This document shows, in pieces, positions 37,314 through 47,443 of a stretch of DNA of 64,000 nt. The notes beneath the pieces were generated by a model that was given only the letters and a program-made list of their open reading frames with translations, ran no database searches and was not told where the DNA came from. Position 1 is the stretch's first letter. Each line of letters starts with the position of its first letter. Source of the DNA: an uncultured Clostridia bacterium (GTDB lineage Bacteria; Bacillota; Clostridia; TANB77; CAG-508); NCBI GenBank assembly GCA_947627935.1, contig CANQXY010000004.1, positions 1,536 to 65,535 on the forward strand, in the 5' to 3' direction. Position numbers and translations under genes: made by a program.

Positions 37314-38009
37314 CTAAATTTCTTGTACTATAAAGTTATTATAGTTTTGTAATTCTTTTTTTATTTCTTCCTTATTTTTTCCATTCCAATAATTATAGTT
37401 ATATATAACCTTATTATCTATTTTTATTACATTTGTTATTGTAGGTATTTGTTCATTTTCTATCTGTTTTAATTCTTCATACTTCTCTGTTGCTACTTTT
37501 TCAGTATATCCACCTACACAATATCTAGCACCTATACAAACATCATTTTCATCAAATGACATTATTATAGTAGCTTCTAATTTATCATCATTACTTTCTA
37601 TCAATAAATTTGTAACCTTAGAAATTGTTTTTCTATTTTCTTGTGTTATCCATTCTTTAAATGCTTCAAAATATTCAGGATTCCCATTTTCATCAACAGC
37701 AACTCCACCTATTGAAAGAAAAAAACTAATTATTAATGTTATTAATAAAATTGAAATTGATAAAACTATTCCTATTATTATTACATTTCTATGTTTTATT
37801 TTTTTTAGATAATCAATTTTTTTTAATTCATCTATTCTATCTAATACAATTTCTTTTCCCATATCTTTTAAAATATTTGTACACTCTTCACATTCTTTAA
37901 TATGATTTTCAATGTATTTGTTTGTTTCTTCACTTGTCAAGCCTTCTATATAGTTTGGTAATAAATCTTGTATTAATTTACACTCGTTGTTTTTTTTCAT
38001 TCTCATCAA
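37314..38009 (-). CDS. Anti-sigma factor (zf-HC2 type, single TM)
   Basis: 231 aa. The N-terminus CKLIQDLLPNYIEG..HIKECEEC fits zf-HC2. It has a TM at about residue 80 and overlaps the sigma gene's stop codon. Confidence 0.75.
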   Translation of the reverse strand: MMRMKKNNECKLIQDLLPNYIEGLTSEETNKYIENHIKECEECTNILKDMGKEIVLDRIDELKKIDYLKKIKHRNVIIIGIVLSISILLITLIISFFLSIGGVAVDENGNPEYFEAFKEWITQENRKTISKVTNLLIESNDDKLEATIIMSFDENDVCIGARYCVGGYTEKVATEKYEELKQIENEQIPTITNVIKIDNKVIYNYNYWNGKNKEEIKKELQNYNNFIVQEI

Positions 38010-38469
38010 CCTCCTTCATTTTTTGTTTTCCTCTATAAAAAGAAACTCTTGCCAAATTTTCACTTATTCCTAGGATTTCGCCTATTTCTTTAAATGTAAA
38101 TTCTCCTGTGATTTTTAAATAAAATATTTCTTGTGTTCTTGTATCCAATTTTTTTATTTTATTAATTAAATCTAATTTATCCGTGCAATTATTTTCTAAA
38201 CTTTCATAAGATACAATTTGTATCTCATCTAAATTTACTATGTTTATATTATGTGTTTTCTTTAATTCTTTAAGCCATAAATTTTTTGCAATTTGGCATA
38301 ACCAAACATATAATTTACACTCTCCTCTATATTGTTTGATATGTTTAAATGCTTGATAAAAAGTTTCTTGAGTTAAATCTTCTGACAAGGCATCATTATG
38401 AGTTAAGCAGAACAAATATTTATAAACCTGTTTTGAATATTCTTTATATATTTCTTCAATATTCTGCAT
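37978..38469 (-). CDS. RNA polymerase sigma-70 factor, ECF subfamily
   Basis: 163 aa with region 2 (DLTQETFYQAF) and the region 4 HTH (FTFKEIGEILGISENLARVSFYRGKQKM). Confidence 0.85.
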   Translation of the reverse strand: MQNIEEIYKEYSKQVYKYLFCLTHNDALSEDLTQETFYQAFKHIKQYRGECKLYVWLCQIAKNLWLKELKKTHNINIVNLDEIQIVSYESLENNCTDKLDLINKIKKLDTRTQEIFYLKITGEFTFKEIGEILGISENLARVSFYRGKQKMKEVDENEKKQRV

Positions 38470-38575
38470 TAATCAAAATCCTCCTTTCTTTTCTTATGTT
38501 ATAAGAGTATAAAAAAATTAAATTCGTTACAAATATTTTTATTATATAAAAAATAGTTGGTTAAATTAAAAGTGA

Positions 38576-38688
38576 GTGTTAACTTAAAAGACGGATATAA
38601 TGGTGACATTTCAGCTAAAGACGCTGGTAAAATAGGTGGACAAATGGTTAAAAAAATGATCGAACAAGCTGAAAGAAACATGAAATAG
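38576..38688 (+). pseudogene. 3' fragment of the SASP gene (no start, no promoter)
   Basis: Identical to 36908-37020. It begins mid-codon at the repeat boundary. Confidence 0.85.
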
Positions 38689-38810
38689 TTATTACTATTT
38701 TAAAATTTGAATTCTATTTATAGACAGGAAGTTAAGTTTTGTTTTTATGAATATATAAAGGCAGGATTTGATTTCCTGCCTTTTCTTATTTTTAATTATG
38801 CTTCTGGTTC
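38576..38810 (+). repeat. Direct repeat copy 2 (235 bp)
   Basis: See 36908-37142. Confidence 0.95.
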
Positions 38811-39323
38811 TACTAAACCATAATTTTTGCCATCTTTTAATTTATGTATTGCATTAACTTTACCTGTTTCAACATTTATAAATACTAAAAAATTATGTGT
38901 TGGTTTTTCTTGTAATTTTAACATTGCATCTTCTGGCATCATTGGTTTTAATTCATAATATGATGTTTTTATTATTTCATTTTCAATTTCAGGTATTTTT
39001 GTATCTACTATTTCCATATTTTTTATAGATGCATCTTTCATCATTTTTTCTTTTTTAGTTTTTGTTTTTCTTATTTGTCCTTCTAATATATCTATATCTT
39101 TATCTATAGATGCATATAAGTCTTTATCTTCTGTAACAGCCCTATATTTTTCTCCATTGGCTACAATAGAAATTTCTGCTATCTGTTCATTTTTTTCAGT
39201 TCTTAATGTAACCTCTGCATCAGCTTCTTCAAAATATTTATCTATTCTGTCTAATTTTCTTTCTACATAATCATTTATAGCTTCTGTTATCATTAGTTCC
39301 TTTCCTATTACTTTTATTTTCAT
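38796..39323 (-). CDS. hpf: Ribosome hibernation promoting factor (long HPF)
   Basis: An N-terminal YfiA/S30AE domain (MKIKVIGKELMITEAI..) plus a C-terminal dimerisation domain. The ATG at 39323 follows GGGAG. Confidence 0.88.
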   Translation of the reverse strand: MKIKVIGKELMITEAINDYVERKLDRIDKYFEEADAEVTLRTEKNEQIAEISIVANGEKYRAVTEDKDLYASIDKDIDILEGQIRKTKTKKEKMMKDASIKNMEIVDTKIPEIENEIIKTSYYELKPMMPEDAMLKLQEKPTHNFLVFINVETGKVNAIHKLKDGKNYGLVEPEA

Positions 39324-39417
39324 AAAAATCGCTCCCTTCATCTTTTTTGTTTTTTATGTTACAAGCTTATTATATATATAATATTTTTAAATTTCAACAT
39401 TATTTTATATATTTTTA

Positions 39418-40146
39418 TTAAAATAGTTCTTCTAATTTATATTCTTTTTCTAGTTTTTCATTAAAATATATTTTTGTTAAAATTTCTAATTCTTTTAAAC
39501 TTTCATCTTTTAAACTAAAAGAAAATAGCTTTTTCGCAGGTGCACTTATTATGTATTTTATAGCATTTTGCGTACTTTGATTTATCTTTATACTTCCTTT
39601 ATCTTGTTTGCCACATGCTTCACACTTAAATCCATTATCTTTTATGCTAAAGTAAGCAATATCATTTTTTTCCTTACAGCTAACACATTCATTTATTCTT
39701 GGAGTAAATCCTAATATTGAAAGTAATCTTAGCTTAAATATAGATAAAACTAAATTTAAATCTTTATCTGTTTCTGAAATAACATATAAAGTATTTAAAA
39801 ACAATTGTAAAATTTTATAACAATTTTGATTTTCTTCTGTTACATCTCTTATAATTTTAGTTATATGTACTGCATATTTTAGTTTATCTAAATCAGTCCT
39901 TATATTATAAAAAACTTCTATAGTTTCACATGAATTAATATTATATGTATTAGAACCTTTATACATTAAATATTCACCAAAGCATAGAAGTTGTGTGCCT
40001 GCTAAAAGAGCACTTTTTGTTCTTCTTGCTCCTTTAGCAACACATGAAATTTTTCCTAATCCTGGAGTAAGCATTGTTAACATCTTATCAGAATCCCCAA
40101 AATTATTTTCCGATATTATTATTCCATTCGTTTTTATTGTTCCCAT
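39418..40146 (-). CDS. recO: DNA repair protein RecO
   Basis: 242 aa with an OB-fold N-terminus and zinc motifs CVSC..CEAC. The era-yqzL-recO synteny is conserved. Confidence 0.88.
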   Translation of the reverse strand: MGTIKTNGIIISENNFGDSDKMLTMLTPGLGKISCVAKGARRTKSALLAGTQLLCFGEYLMYKGSNTYNINSCETIEVFYNIRTDLDKLKYAVHITKIIRDVTEENQNCYKILQLFLNTLYVISETDKDLNLVLSIFKLRLLSILGFTPRINECVSCKEKNDIAYFSIKDNGFKCEACGKQDKGSIKINQSTQNAIKYIISAPAKKLFSFSLKDESLKELEILTKIYFNEKLEKEYKLEELF

Positions 40147-40258
40147 TTTGCTCCACCTTTTGTATATTTTCTTCTATATCTTTTATTTGTTTAAATTCTA
40201 AAAAACTATCAATACTACCTGTATTTTTAAAGGTATCCCATGCAATCTTTTTTATCAT
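40103..40258 (-). CDS. yqzL: YqzL family small protein
   Basis: MIKKIAWDTFKNTGSIDSFLEFKQIKD resembles YqzL, and the position between era and recO matches Bacillus. The start is taken at the internal ATG. Confidence 0.6.
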   Translation of the reverse strand: MIKKIAWDTFKNTGSIDSFLEFKQIKDIEENIQKVEQNGNNKNEWNNNIGK

Positions 40259-40314
40259 TTTATCACTCCCTTTAAATTTATCTTTTGTGTTTTTTATTAA
40301 ATTATACAAAAAAA

Positions 40315-41220
40315 TTATTTATTTTGTTTAAATTTATTTACAATACTATCATTTTCTTGCCAGTCTTCTTTAACTTTAACCCATGTTTTTAAATTAACTT
40401 TTTTTCCAAAATTTTCTTCCATATCAATTCTTGCCATTTTACCAATTTTTTTAAGCATTTGACCGTTTTTACCTATTATTATTCCTTTATGTGAGTTTCT
40501 TAAGCAATAAATTGTTGCTTCTATATCATATATTTCTTCATTTTGTTTATTTTCTCTGAGATTCATTTTTTCAACTTCTACATATATTCCATGAGGTACT
40601 TCTTGGTCTAATATTTTTAAAGCTTTTTCTCTTATTGTCTCTTCTGCCAATTGTCTTAATGTTTGATCTGTATATTCTTCTACATCATAATAAGCAGGAC
40701 CAGGTTTTAAGTATTTTTCTATCTCATCTAATATTACATTTTTATATTTTGTATCTAATGCAGAAATTGGTATAACCGCTTCAAAATCATATTCTTTTCT
40801 ATACAAATCAATTAGTTTTAGTAATGATTCTTTTTGTACTAAATCAATTTTATTTATTATTAAAATAGTCTTTTTATTTGATTCTTTTATTTTTTCTAAA
40901 ATCTTACTATCGCCTTTTCCAATCTCTTTGCTATCTGCTTCTATTAAAAATAATATTACATCAGCATCTAACATTACTCCAAATGATGTTTCTATCATTG
41001 TTTCATTTAATTTTGTTTTTGGTTTGTGTATTCCTGGTGTATCTATAAATATTATTTGAGAATTTTCTCTATTTACTATTCCTCTTATAGCTGTTCTTGT
41101 TGTCTGTACTTTATTAGCAATTGCTGCTATTTTTTCTCCCACTAAAAGATTTATTAGTGTGGATTTTCCTACATTAGTTCTACCTATTATTGATACAAAT
41201 CCTGATTTGAATTCTTCCAT
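40315..41220 (-). CDS. era: GTPase Era
   Basis: 301 aa with GRTNVGKST, DTPG, NKID, and a C-terminal KH domain. Confidence 0.95.
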   Translation of the reverse strand: MEEFKSGFVSIIGRTNVGKSTLINLLVGEKIAAIANKVQTTRTAIRGIVNRENSQIIFIDTPGIHKPKTKLNETMIETSFGVMLDADVILFLIEADSKEIGKGDSKILEKIKESNKKTILIINKIDLVQKESLLKLIDLYRKEYDFEAVIPISALDTKYKNVILDEIEKYLKPGPAYYDVEEYTDQTLRQLAEETIREKALKILDQEVPHGIYVEVEKMNLRENKQNEEIYDIEATIYCLRNSHKGIIIGKNGQMLKKIGKMARIDMEENFGKKVNLKTWVKVKEDWQENDSIVNKFKQNK

Positions 41221-41352
41221 TTTATTTCTCCGTTATTTTATATTTTCTATATTATACACTATTTTTTTGCTAAATTTGTAGAATTTAAGAATTTTTTTTA
41301 AATTTTATAAAAAAAGAAGATATTAATTTTAAATATCTTCTTTCAAAATTTA

Positions 41353-42402
41353 TTATTCAAATTTTACTTGTGCACCTTTAGGACATATATTTACCCATGT
41401 GTTTCCATCATTTACTTCTATTTCATTTCCATTTTCATCTTTATATACTGTCTTTTTATTTCTATCAGATTTTGTACAAGTAATTTTTATAGCTTTTCCA
41501 TTTGTTATATAATATCCATCATATGTACCTATATTATTTAAACCTTGTCTTCCTTTTCCTGATCCATCATTTAGATCATAATTTTCTATAAATTCTACTA
41601 TAATATTTTTTGTTGTAATTGCTTGTTTAGAATCCCAATCAGTTTGTGCTTTTCCTCTAGCAGCTCTTGAATATGTTTTTTCTTGTTCATTATAAGTATA
41701 TGTTACTGTTTGAAGATTTGAATGTGGAATTGTAACTTTTTTAGCTTGTGTTCCATTTTCTAATTCAATCTCATTTTCTGAATATTTTAATACACTTTGA
41801 GAATTTGATGTTGTTCTGTATCCTTTATTTTGTGCAATTTTTAATATATTAGATGTGTCTGTTGCTACATTATGTGGTGCTTTTTTATCAGATACTCTTC
41901 TAAAAGCACTTGTACTTTCTGTTATTCCATTTATATTATTAACACTTAATTTTGTTATATCTTTTTTGGCTTGTGGACTCCATCCATAATGAACATATAT
42001 TGCATCATTTTCTAAAGCATAATCTAAGAAATAATGTCTTGAACTTCTTACTGGTCCTATTTTATCAACATCAGCACCTTTAAATAATGCCATTAATCTA
42101 GTTTCTCCACCTTCTACAATTATTTCATATACCATATATGTGTTATTTAATCCAGCTTGTGGCCAAGCTCCACTATGATTATCTATCATTACAGCAATAG
42201 GTCTTTGTGTTCCACTAAATATTTCTATATTTTCATTTCTCTCTACTTGCTCTTCAGGTTCTTCTTCAAATGTAGGAACTTCTTGTTCATTATTCTTGTT
42301 ATTTACTATTTTATACGCTAGCATTCCTCCTGCAATGATTATTAATACTACTAAAACAATTATTAACTTCTTATTCTTTAATATTTCTTTAAATTTTTCC
42401 AT
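41353..42402 (-). CDS. DUF3048 (YerB-like) exported protein
   Basis: 349 aa with an N-terminal TM and the motif RPIAVMIDNHSGAWPQAGLN..YEIIVEGGETRLMALF. Confidence 0.65.
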   Translation of the reverse strand: MEKFKEILKNKKLIIVLVVLIIIAGGMLAYKIVNNKNNEQEVPTFEEEPEEQVERNENIEIFSGTQRPIAVMIDNHSGAWPQAGLNNTYMVYEIIVEGGETRLMALFKGADVDKIGPVRSSRHYFLDYALENDAIYVHYGWSPQAKKDITKLSVNNINGITESTSAFRRVSDKKAPHNVATDTSNILKIAQNKGYRTTSNSQSVLKYSENEIELENGTQAKKVTIPHSNLQTVTYTYNEQEKTYSRAARGKAQTDWDSKQAITTKNIIVEFIENYDLNDGSGKGRQGLNNIGTYDGYYITNGKAIKITCTKSDRNKKTVYKDENGNEIEVNDGNTWVNICPKGAQVKFE

Positions 42403-42406
42403 AACA

Positions 42407-42880
42407 CTATCCCCTTTTTATATTTAATTTATTTAAAACTATTTCTTCCTTTTCTCTCATCTTAAGCTTGTCCATATCTATCATATGGTCATATCCCATA
42501 AGATGATAAAATCCATGTACTAACATATATGCTAATTCTCTTTCAAAACTATGTCCATATTCTTTTGCTTGTTCTTCAACTTTCTGTATTGATATAACTA
42601 CATCTCCTAAAATATCTACTAAATCAAATTTATTGTTTTTTATCATTTTATCTAATTCTTCTTTTTCAAACATTGGAAATGAAAGCACATCTGTTTCTTT
42701 ATCAATACCTCTAAATTGATTATTAATTCTTTTTATGTTTTCAGGATTTGTTAAAGTAATGCTTATATATAATTTTGAATTAATTAAGTTTTCTTGTTCA
42801 AAACATTGTTCTACTACTTTTTTTATTATTTTTTCATATTCTTTATTTTCTTCTATATCTAAATATTCTAATTGATACAT
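42407..42880 (-). CDS. ybeY: rRNA maturation endoribonuclease YbeY
   Basis: 157 aa with the zinc motif HGFYHLMGYDH. Confidence 0.93.
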   Translation of the reverse strand: MYQLEYLDIEENKEYEKIIKKVVEQCFEQENLINSKLYISITLTNPENIKRINNQFRGIDKETDVLSFPMFEKEELDKMIKNNKFDLVDILGDVVISIQKVEEQAKEYGHSFERELAYMLVHGFYHLMGYDHMIDMDKLKMREKEEIVLNKLNIKRG

Positions 42881-42891
42881 GTTACTTTCCC

Positions 42892-44103
42892 TTATTTAAC
42901 TTTCACCTTGTTTTTTATATATTTTCCTTTTGATGTAAATCCTTTTAATTCTCTTATTGCATCATAATCAACTAATTTTCTTTTATAATATTTTATTAAT
43001 CTTGTATAATCAGTTTTTTCATCATGTAACTTTTTCATATCATCTTTTATAAATAATATTTCTTTTTGTTTTACATATTCTATAAAATCAGTTTCCTTTA
43101 TTTTTTCATTTTCTTTATATTTGTCCCAAAACTTTTTAAAATCTAGTTTTTCTTGTTCATTTTCCCAATATACTTTTGTTGCAAGTAATTTTGTATTATA
43201 TTCTTCTATCAATTTTATAAGCATTGAATATGCTTTTTCTCTCTTTACTGCAATTTTTGTATCTTGTACTAGGTTTCTTGCATCTGCTAATAATCTTTTA
43301 TAACATTGTTCTGATACAACAAGTGGCAAGCTATGTATAAACAATTTTCTGCTTAACGCAAGTAAAATCATATTTTTTTCTATTGTATCTTTAGTATCAA
43401 GTTTTCCTACTTCAAAGTTTTCATATTTTTCATATTCGTCTAATATATTTTGTGAAACTTCATTTTCTTTTATTTTTAATGATAATATACTTTTAACATA
43501 TTCTTCTAGTGTATAGAAAATTTTTGTATATACCCAATCTTTAGTTGAATCATATACATTTGTAGTATCAGCCAATTTTATTGAATAATTTTTAAGTATA
43601 CCTTTATATAACATATCCATTTTGAATATATAAAAATCATAATATCTTTCCAATGATTTATTCTTATTAGATGTCTTTAATCCTTCATAATCTAATTCTA
43701 TTAAATATTTTTGTTTTCTATATTTATATTCAACATATTCAGGTTCTTTTAAGCTTGTTATTTCATAATATCTAGATAATGCATTTTTTTCATATTCTGA
43801 TGCACTGTTACTTTTTACTTTCTTATATATAGAATCTAAAACATATTTATCTAAAGCTTCTAAATACGCTGTATATGATTGTTCATATTTTTCTTCTAAT
43901 GATTCTTTTTTGTCTTTATCTAATTCAGGATTATTATAGATTTCAAAATTTTTTAGTAGTGCATTTCTTTTTACAGTTATTAACATACTATTAATACCGA
44001 TTTTAGTTGGTATTAATATTCTTGTTAAGGTATTTGATAATCTATTAAAAAATGTTTTGTCTGCTCCAGTAATTTTTAAACTTCTTTCTTCCATAACATC
44101 CAT
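42892..44103 (-). CDS. Hypothetical protein (403 aa, K/E/Y-rich, predicted helical)
   Basis: A clean ORF immediately upstream of ybeY, where PhoH/PgpH-type genes are usually found. No family recognised. Confidence 0.6.
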   Translation of the reverse strand: MDVMEERSLKITGADKTFFNRLSNTLTRILIPTKIGINSMLITVKRNALLKNFEIYNNPELDKDKKESLEEKYEQSYTAYLEALDKYVLDSIYKKVKSNSASEYEKNALSRYYEITSLKEPEYVEYKYRKQKYLIELDYEGLKTSNKNKSLERYYDFYIFKMDMLYKGILKNYSIKLADTTNVYDSTKDWVYTKIFYTLEEYVKSILSLKIKENEVSQNILDEYEKYENFEVGKLDTKDTIEKNMILLALSRKLFIHSLPLVVSEQCYKRLLADARNLVQDTKIAVKREKAYSMLIKLIEEYNTKLLATKVYWENEQEKLDFKKFWDKYKENEKIKETDFIEYVKQKEILFIKDDMKKLHDEKTDYTRLIKYYKRKLVDYDAIRELKGFTSKGKYIKNKVKVK

Positions 44104-44192
44104 CCTCTCAAAATACTATTTTTTCATTAGTCCCTATATTTTCAAGTACCTCATATGTAACATATACTTCTACATAATCTTGGTGCTGATAT

Positions 44193-45293
44193 TTATTTAC
44201 AGTTCTTCCGAAGTATATTGTTTTTTTCTTCAATTTCATCTAACAACTCTTTATCTAATTCTTCTATCCCTATGTTCGTAGCTTCTTCTATATCATATAC
44301 TACATTTGTCTTTTCTTGCTCTTTATATGTCAATTTTGTTACAGAAATCGGTAAATATAAGTTTGAAAATAACTTAAACTTTTTTTCTTCGTTTATTGTA
44401 TCATAAAATTTAAATTTTGAAACCCTTTTATTAAAATTTATTTCAAAATTATTTATTTTTATGCCATACTTTTTCTCCTGAGCCCCTGTTTCCGTATATT
44501 TTTCTTGATTGTAATATATTTTTTTTGATTTAGTATACCATACTTTTGCTTCTATTTCTCCTATACTATGTACATATCTTGTACCTGTATACTTTCCTTC
44601 CATAGTTCCAGATATTAATATTGTTCCTTCTTTTATAGTATCTCCTTCTTTTACCATTGCAGTTCCGTTTTGTGCATTTATTTTTGTTATAATTCCATTT
44701 TTATCTGAAACTATATTACAATACTCTGTATCATCAATTATTTCTGGTTTTTCTTCTGCTTTAACTACTTTTACTATTACATTTGTCCCTTTTAGTTCTA
44801 TTCCCATCCATGCAATATCATCTCTTTTTAATCTTATATTATTTATTATTTCTTTTGAATCTACTTTTGACTTCAATATTCCAGTCTTTAACCCAGCTTC
44901 TTTTAAATCTTCTTCTATACTTGCAAGATCATTATTATTTTCTTCTTGTATTTCTATATTCCATATATAATTAGAAGCAAATATTATTAAAGATATAACT
45001 AATATTAAAAATATAGCAAATATTTTTCTTTTTCTATATCTATTTAAAATAAATGGAATTCCTTTTTTTCTTTCTATTTTTACTTTACATTTTGTTTTTC
45101 TTGCTACTTCTGCTATTTTCTTAAAATCACTTATTCCTATATTTAAATATAATCTTACGTTTTTATCTCTTTTTAAATTCCATATTAATATTTTATTATT
45201 TGTACATATATTTATAAATCTCTCTATGTAGTATCCTTCTACACATATTCTTAAGTATCCAATTATATAATTAAAAAGTATTTTTATAAACAT
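44193..45293 (-). CDS. yqfD: Sporulation protein YqfD
   Basis: 366 aa with a central TM, and downstream of yqfC as in Bacilli and Clostridia. Confidence 0.8.
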   Translation of the reverse strand: MFIKILFNYIIGYLRICVEGYYIERFINICTNNKILIWNLKRDKNVRLYLNIGISDFKKIAEVARKTKCKVKIERKKGIPFILNRYRKRKIFAIFLILVISLIIFASNYIWNIEIQEENNNDLASIEEDLKEAGLKTGILKSKVDSKEIINNIRLKRDDIAWMGIELKGTNVIVKVVKAEEKPEIIDDTEYCNIVSDKNGIITKINAQNGTAMVKEGDTIKEGTILISGTMEGKYTGTRYVHSIGEIEAKVWYTKSKKIYYNQEKYTETGAQEKKYGIKINNFEINFNKRVSKFKFYDTINEEKKFKLFSNLYLPISVTKLTYKEQEKTNVVYDIEEATNIGIEELDKELLDEIEEKNNILRKNCK

Positions 45294-45303
45294 TATTACT
45301 CCT

Positions 45304-45582
45304 TTATCCTATTGTTTTTTCTATATCTATACTATCAATATCTCCTATGATTTTTATATCATCATTTGTCATTTGTTCTAATTTTAAATTAAATCCATTA
45401 ATATTTACGATTCCTATATGTGTATTTACTTTTACATAGTATTCTTCATATTCTAATATTCCTTTATAATTTTCTATAATCATTTCATTAAATCCAACTA
45501 TTGTTAATTTAGGCTCATTTGTATAAAGTTCTCTTGGCATTTCTAAAATATTATCAATTTTCCTTAGATTAGGTTTTTTCAT
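45304..45582 (-). CDS. yqfC: Sporulation protein YqfC (YabP family)
   Basis: 92 aa with the YabP-like repeat pattern (LTIVGFNEMIIENYKGILEY..). Confidence 0.8.
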   Translation of the reverse strand: MKKPNLRKIDNILEMPRELYTNEPKLTIVGFNEMIIENYKGILEYEEYYVKVNTHIGIVNINGFNLKLEQMTNDDIKIIGDIDSIDIEKTIG

Positions 45583-45596
45583 ATTTCCCCACCTTA

Positions 45597-46415
45597 TTAA
45601 TTTTCAAATTCATCCAAACTTTTAATTTCATATCCTTTATTTTTTATTTCTTTAATAACACTATCTAAAATATTTGTATTTGTTTTTGAATTTCCATGTA
45701 ATAACATTATTTCTCCATTATGAAGATTTGATATTATCATTTCCTTTGCAGTTTGCTCATTTGGTTGATTATCCTCATTCCAATCTTGATAAGCAAAACT
45801 CCACATTACAGTTTTGTATCCTAATGATTTTATTATATTTAATGTTCTTTCACTAAATTCTCCCATTGGTGGTCTTATATACTTCATTTCATATGCAAAT
45901 TTTTCGTAAATAGCTTGATGTAAATTCATAACTTCTGATTCTACCTTATCATCACTTAAGTCTGGCATACTTTTATGATTAACAGTATGATTTCCTACTA
46001 TATGCCCCTCTTCTAACATTTGTTTTACTAAATCTTCTTGAGTATTTAAATAATGAGCTGTTATAAAAAATGTTGCTGTTACTTCATTTTGTTTTAGTAC
46101 TTCCAATATTTTAGGTGTATATCCTGCTTCATATCCTTCATCAAATGTTAAATATATTATCTTTTTTTCTTGATTTCCTAAACATATACCTTCATTTTGT
46201 TCTAATATACTTCTATTTTTAGATCCAACATCTGGCTGTTTATTATCATTATTTCTTTTAATTCCCCAACCAATTTTCGTATTACTTAACCCTGATGCAT
46301 TTGTTTTTAATGTCTTTTCTTGAGAACTAGATAAATAAAATGTACAAATTGAAAATGTAATAATTATTAAACTTAAAAAAATAACTTTATATGAAATATT
46401 TTTATTTATTTTCAT
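45597..46415 (-). CDS. pdaA: Polysaccharide deacetylase, PdaA-like (spore cortex delta-lactam de-N-acetylase)
   Basis: 272 aa with a NodB domain (IYLTFDEGYEAGYTPKILEVLKQNEVTATFFIT, HTVNH). Confidence 0.65.
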   Translation of the reverse strand: MKINKNISYKVIFLSLIIITFSICTFYLSSSQEKTLKTNASGLSNTKIGWGIKRNNDNKQPDVGSKNRSILEQNEGICLGNQEKKIIYLTFDEGYEAGYTPKILEVLKQNEVTATFFITAHYLNTQEDLVKQMLEEGHIVGNHTVNHKSMPDLSDDKVESEVMNLHQAIYEKFAYEMKYIRPPMGEFSERTLNIIKSLGYKTVMWSFAYQDWNEDNQPNEQTAKEMIISNLHNGEIMLLHGNSKTNTNILDSVIKEIKNKGYEIKSLDEFEN

Positions 46416-46729
46416 CTTCCTACTCCTTATATTTTTTTAATAAATTTTATGATTATTTTCTTATATTATTACTTCTAATTTTAATTCACTAAAAACAAAT
46501 TTACATTTTATATAGTAATTATTTTATTTATTAATATAAATAGTTCTATTTTGTAATAAAATTCATACTTATCGTCTTATTTTTTTGTAAAATAATTCCA
46601 ATTTTATATTGACAACTTAAATATTTTGCATTATATTGATAATATTGCTGGAAAAATAAGGTAATTTTTTATACTTTGTCGAAACCTGTTTTTCTAGTAT
46701 AATTTATGTTTTTAAAGGAAGGTTATAAT

Positions 46730-47443
46730 ATGTTAAATTTTATAATTTGTGATGATAATCAAAATATTTTAGATAAATTATCTAAACTTTTAGAAGACAT
46801 TTTTAATAAGAATAATTTTGATGCTAAAATTTCTTTTAAATCAACTGATGTACAAAGTGTTTATACTTTTGTTAATTCAAATAAAGTTGATGTATTAATT
46901 TTAGATATAAACTTAAAATCAAAAATGTCTGGTTTAGAATTGGCACAAAAAGTAAGAGAATTTAATAAAGATTGTTATATTATATTTACTACTGGTCATT
47001 TAGAATATGCAATGATGGCATACAAATTCAAAACTTTTGATTATTTAGCAAAGCCTATTACATATGAAAGATTAGAAGATACAATAATAAGATTATTTGA
47101 TGATATTCATGGTCTTCCTAAAAAATATATAAAAATTGATAATAAAAATACTTTAATTGATGAGGCTGAAATTCAATATATAAAAAGAGATGGTATGAAA
47201 TTAATATATCATACTGAAAGTCGTGATTATGAAGCTTATAGTTCTTTTAATAAAATACAAATGAACTTACCTAATAATTTTGTAAGATGCCATAAATCAT
47301 ATGTTGCAAATATAAACAACATTAAAAACTTTGAACCAACAACTAATACAATTTACTTTAATGATGATGTATCTTGTGATATTGGTCCAAAATATAAATC
47401 TAGCTTTATGGAGGTAATGAATAATTATGGAGATTTTAAATAA
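46730..47443 (+). CDS. LytTR-family response regulator (AgrA-like)
   Basis: An N-terminal receiver domain (ICDDN.., LILDINL) plus a C-terminal LytTR domain. The ATG at 46730 follows AAAGGAAGG. Confidence 0.85.
   Translation: MLNFIICDDNQNILDKLSKLLEDIFNKNNFDAKISFKSTDVQSVYTFVNSNKVDVLILDINLKSKMSGLELAQKVREFNKDCYIIFTTGHLEYAMMAYKFKTFDYLAKPITYERLEDTIIRLFDDIHGLPKKYIKIDNKNTLIDEAEIQYIKRDGMKLIYHTESRDYEAYSSFNKIQMNLPNNFVRCHKSYVANINNIKNFEPTTNTIYFNDDVSCDIGPKYKSSFMEVMNNYGDFK

Larger units (their letters stand above)
36908..38810. mobile_element. Repeat-bracketed insertion carrying an ECF sigma/anti-sigma pair; its structure is consistent with Campbell-type integration of a 1668-bp circle
   Basis: 235-bp direct repeats flank 1433 bp of unique DNA. 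No recombinase is present in the insert. Confidence 0.35.
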
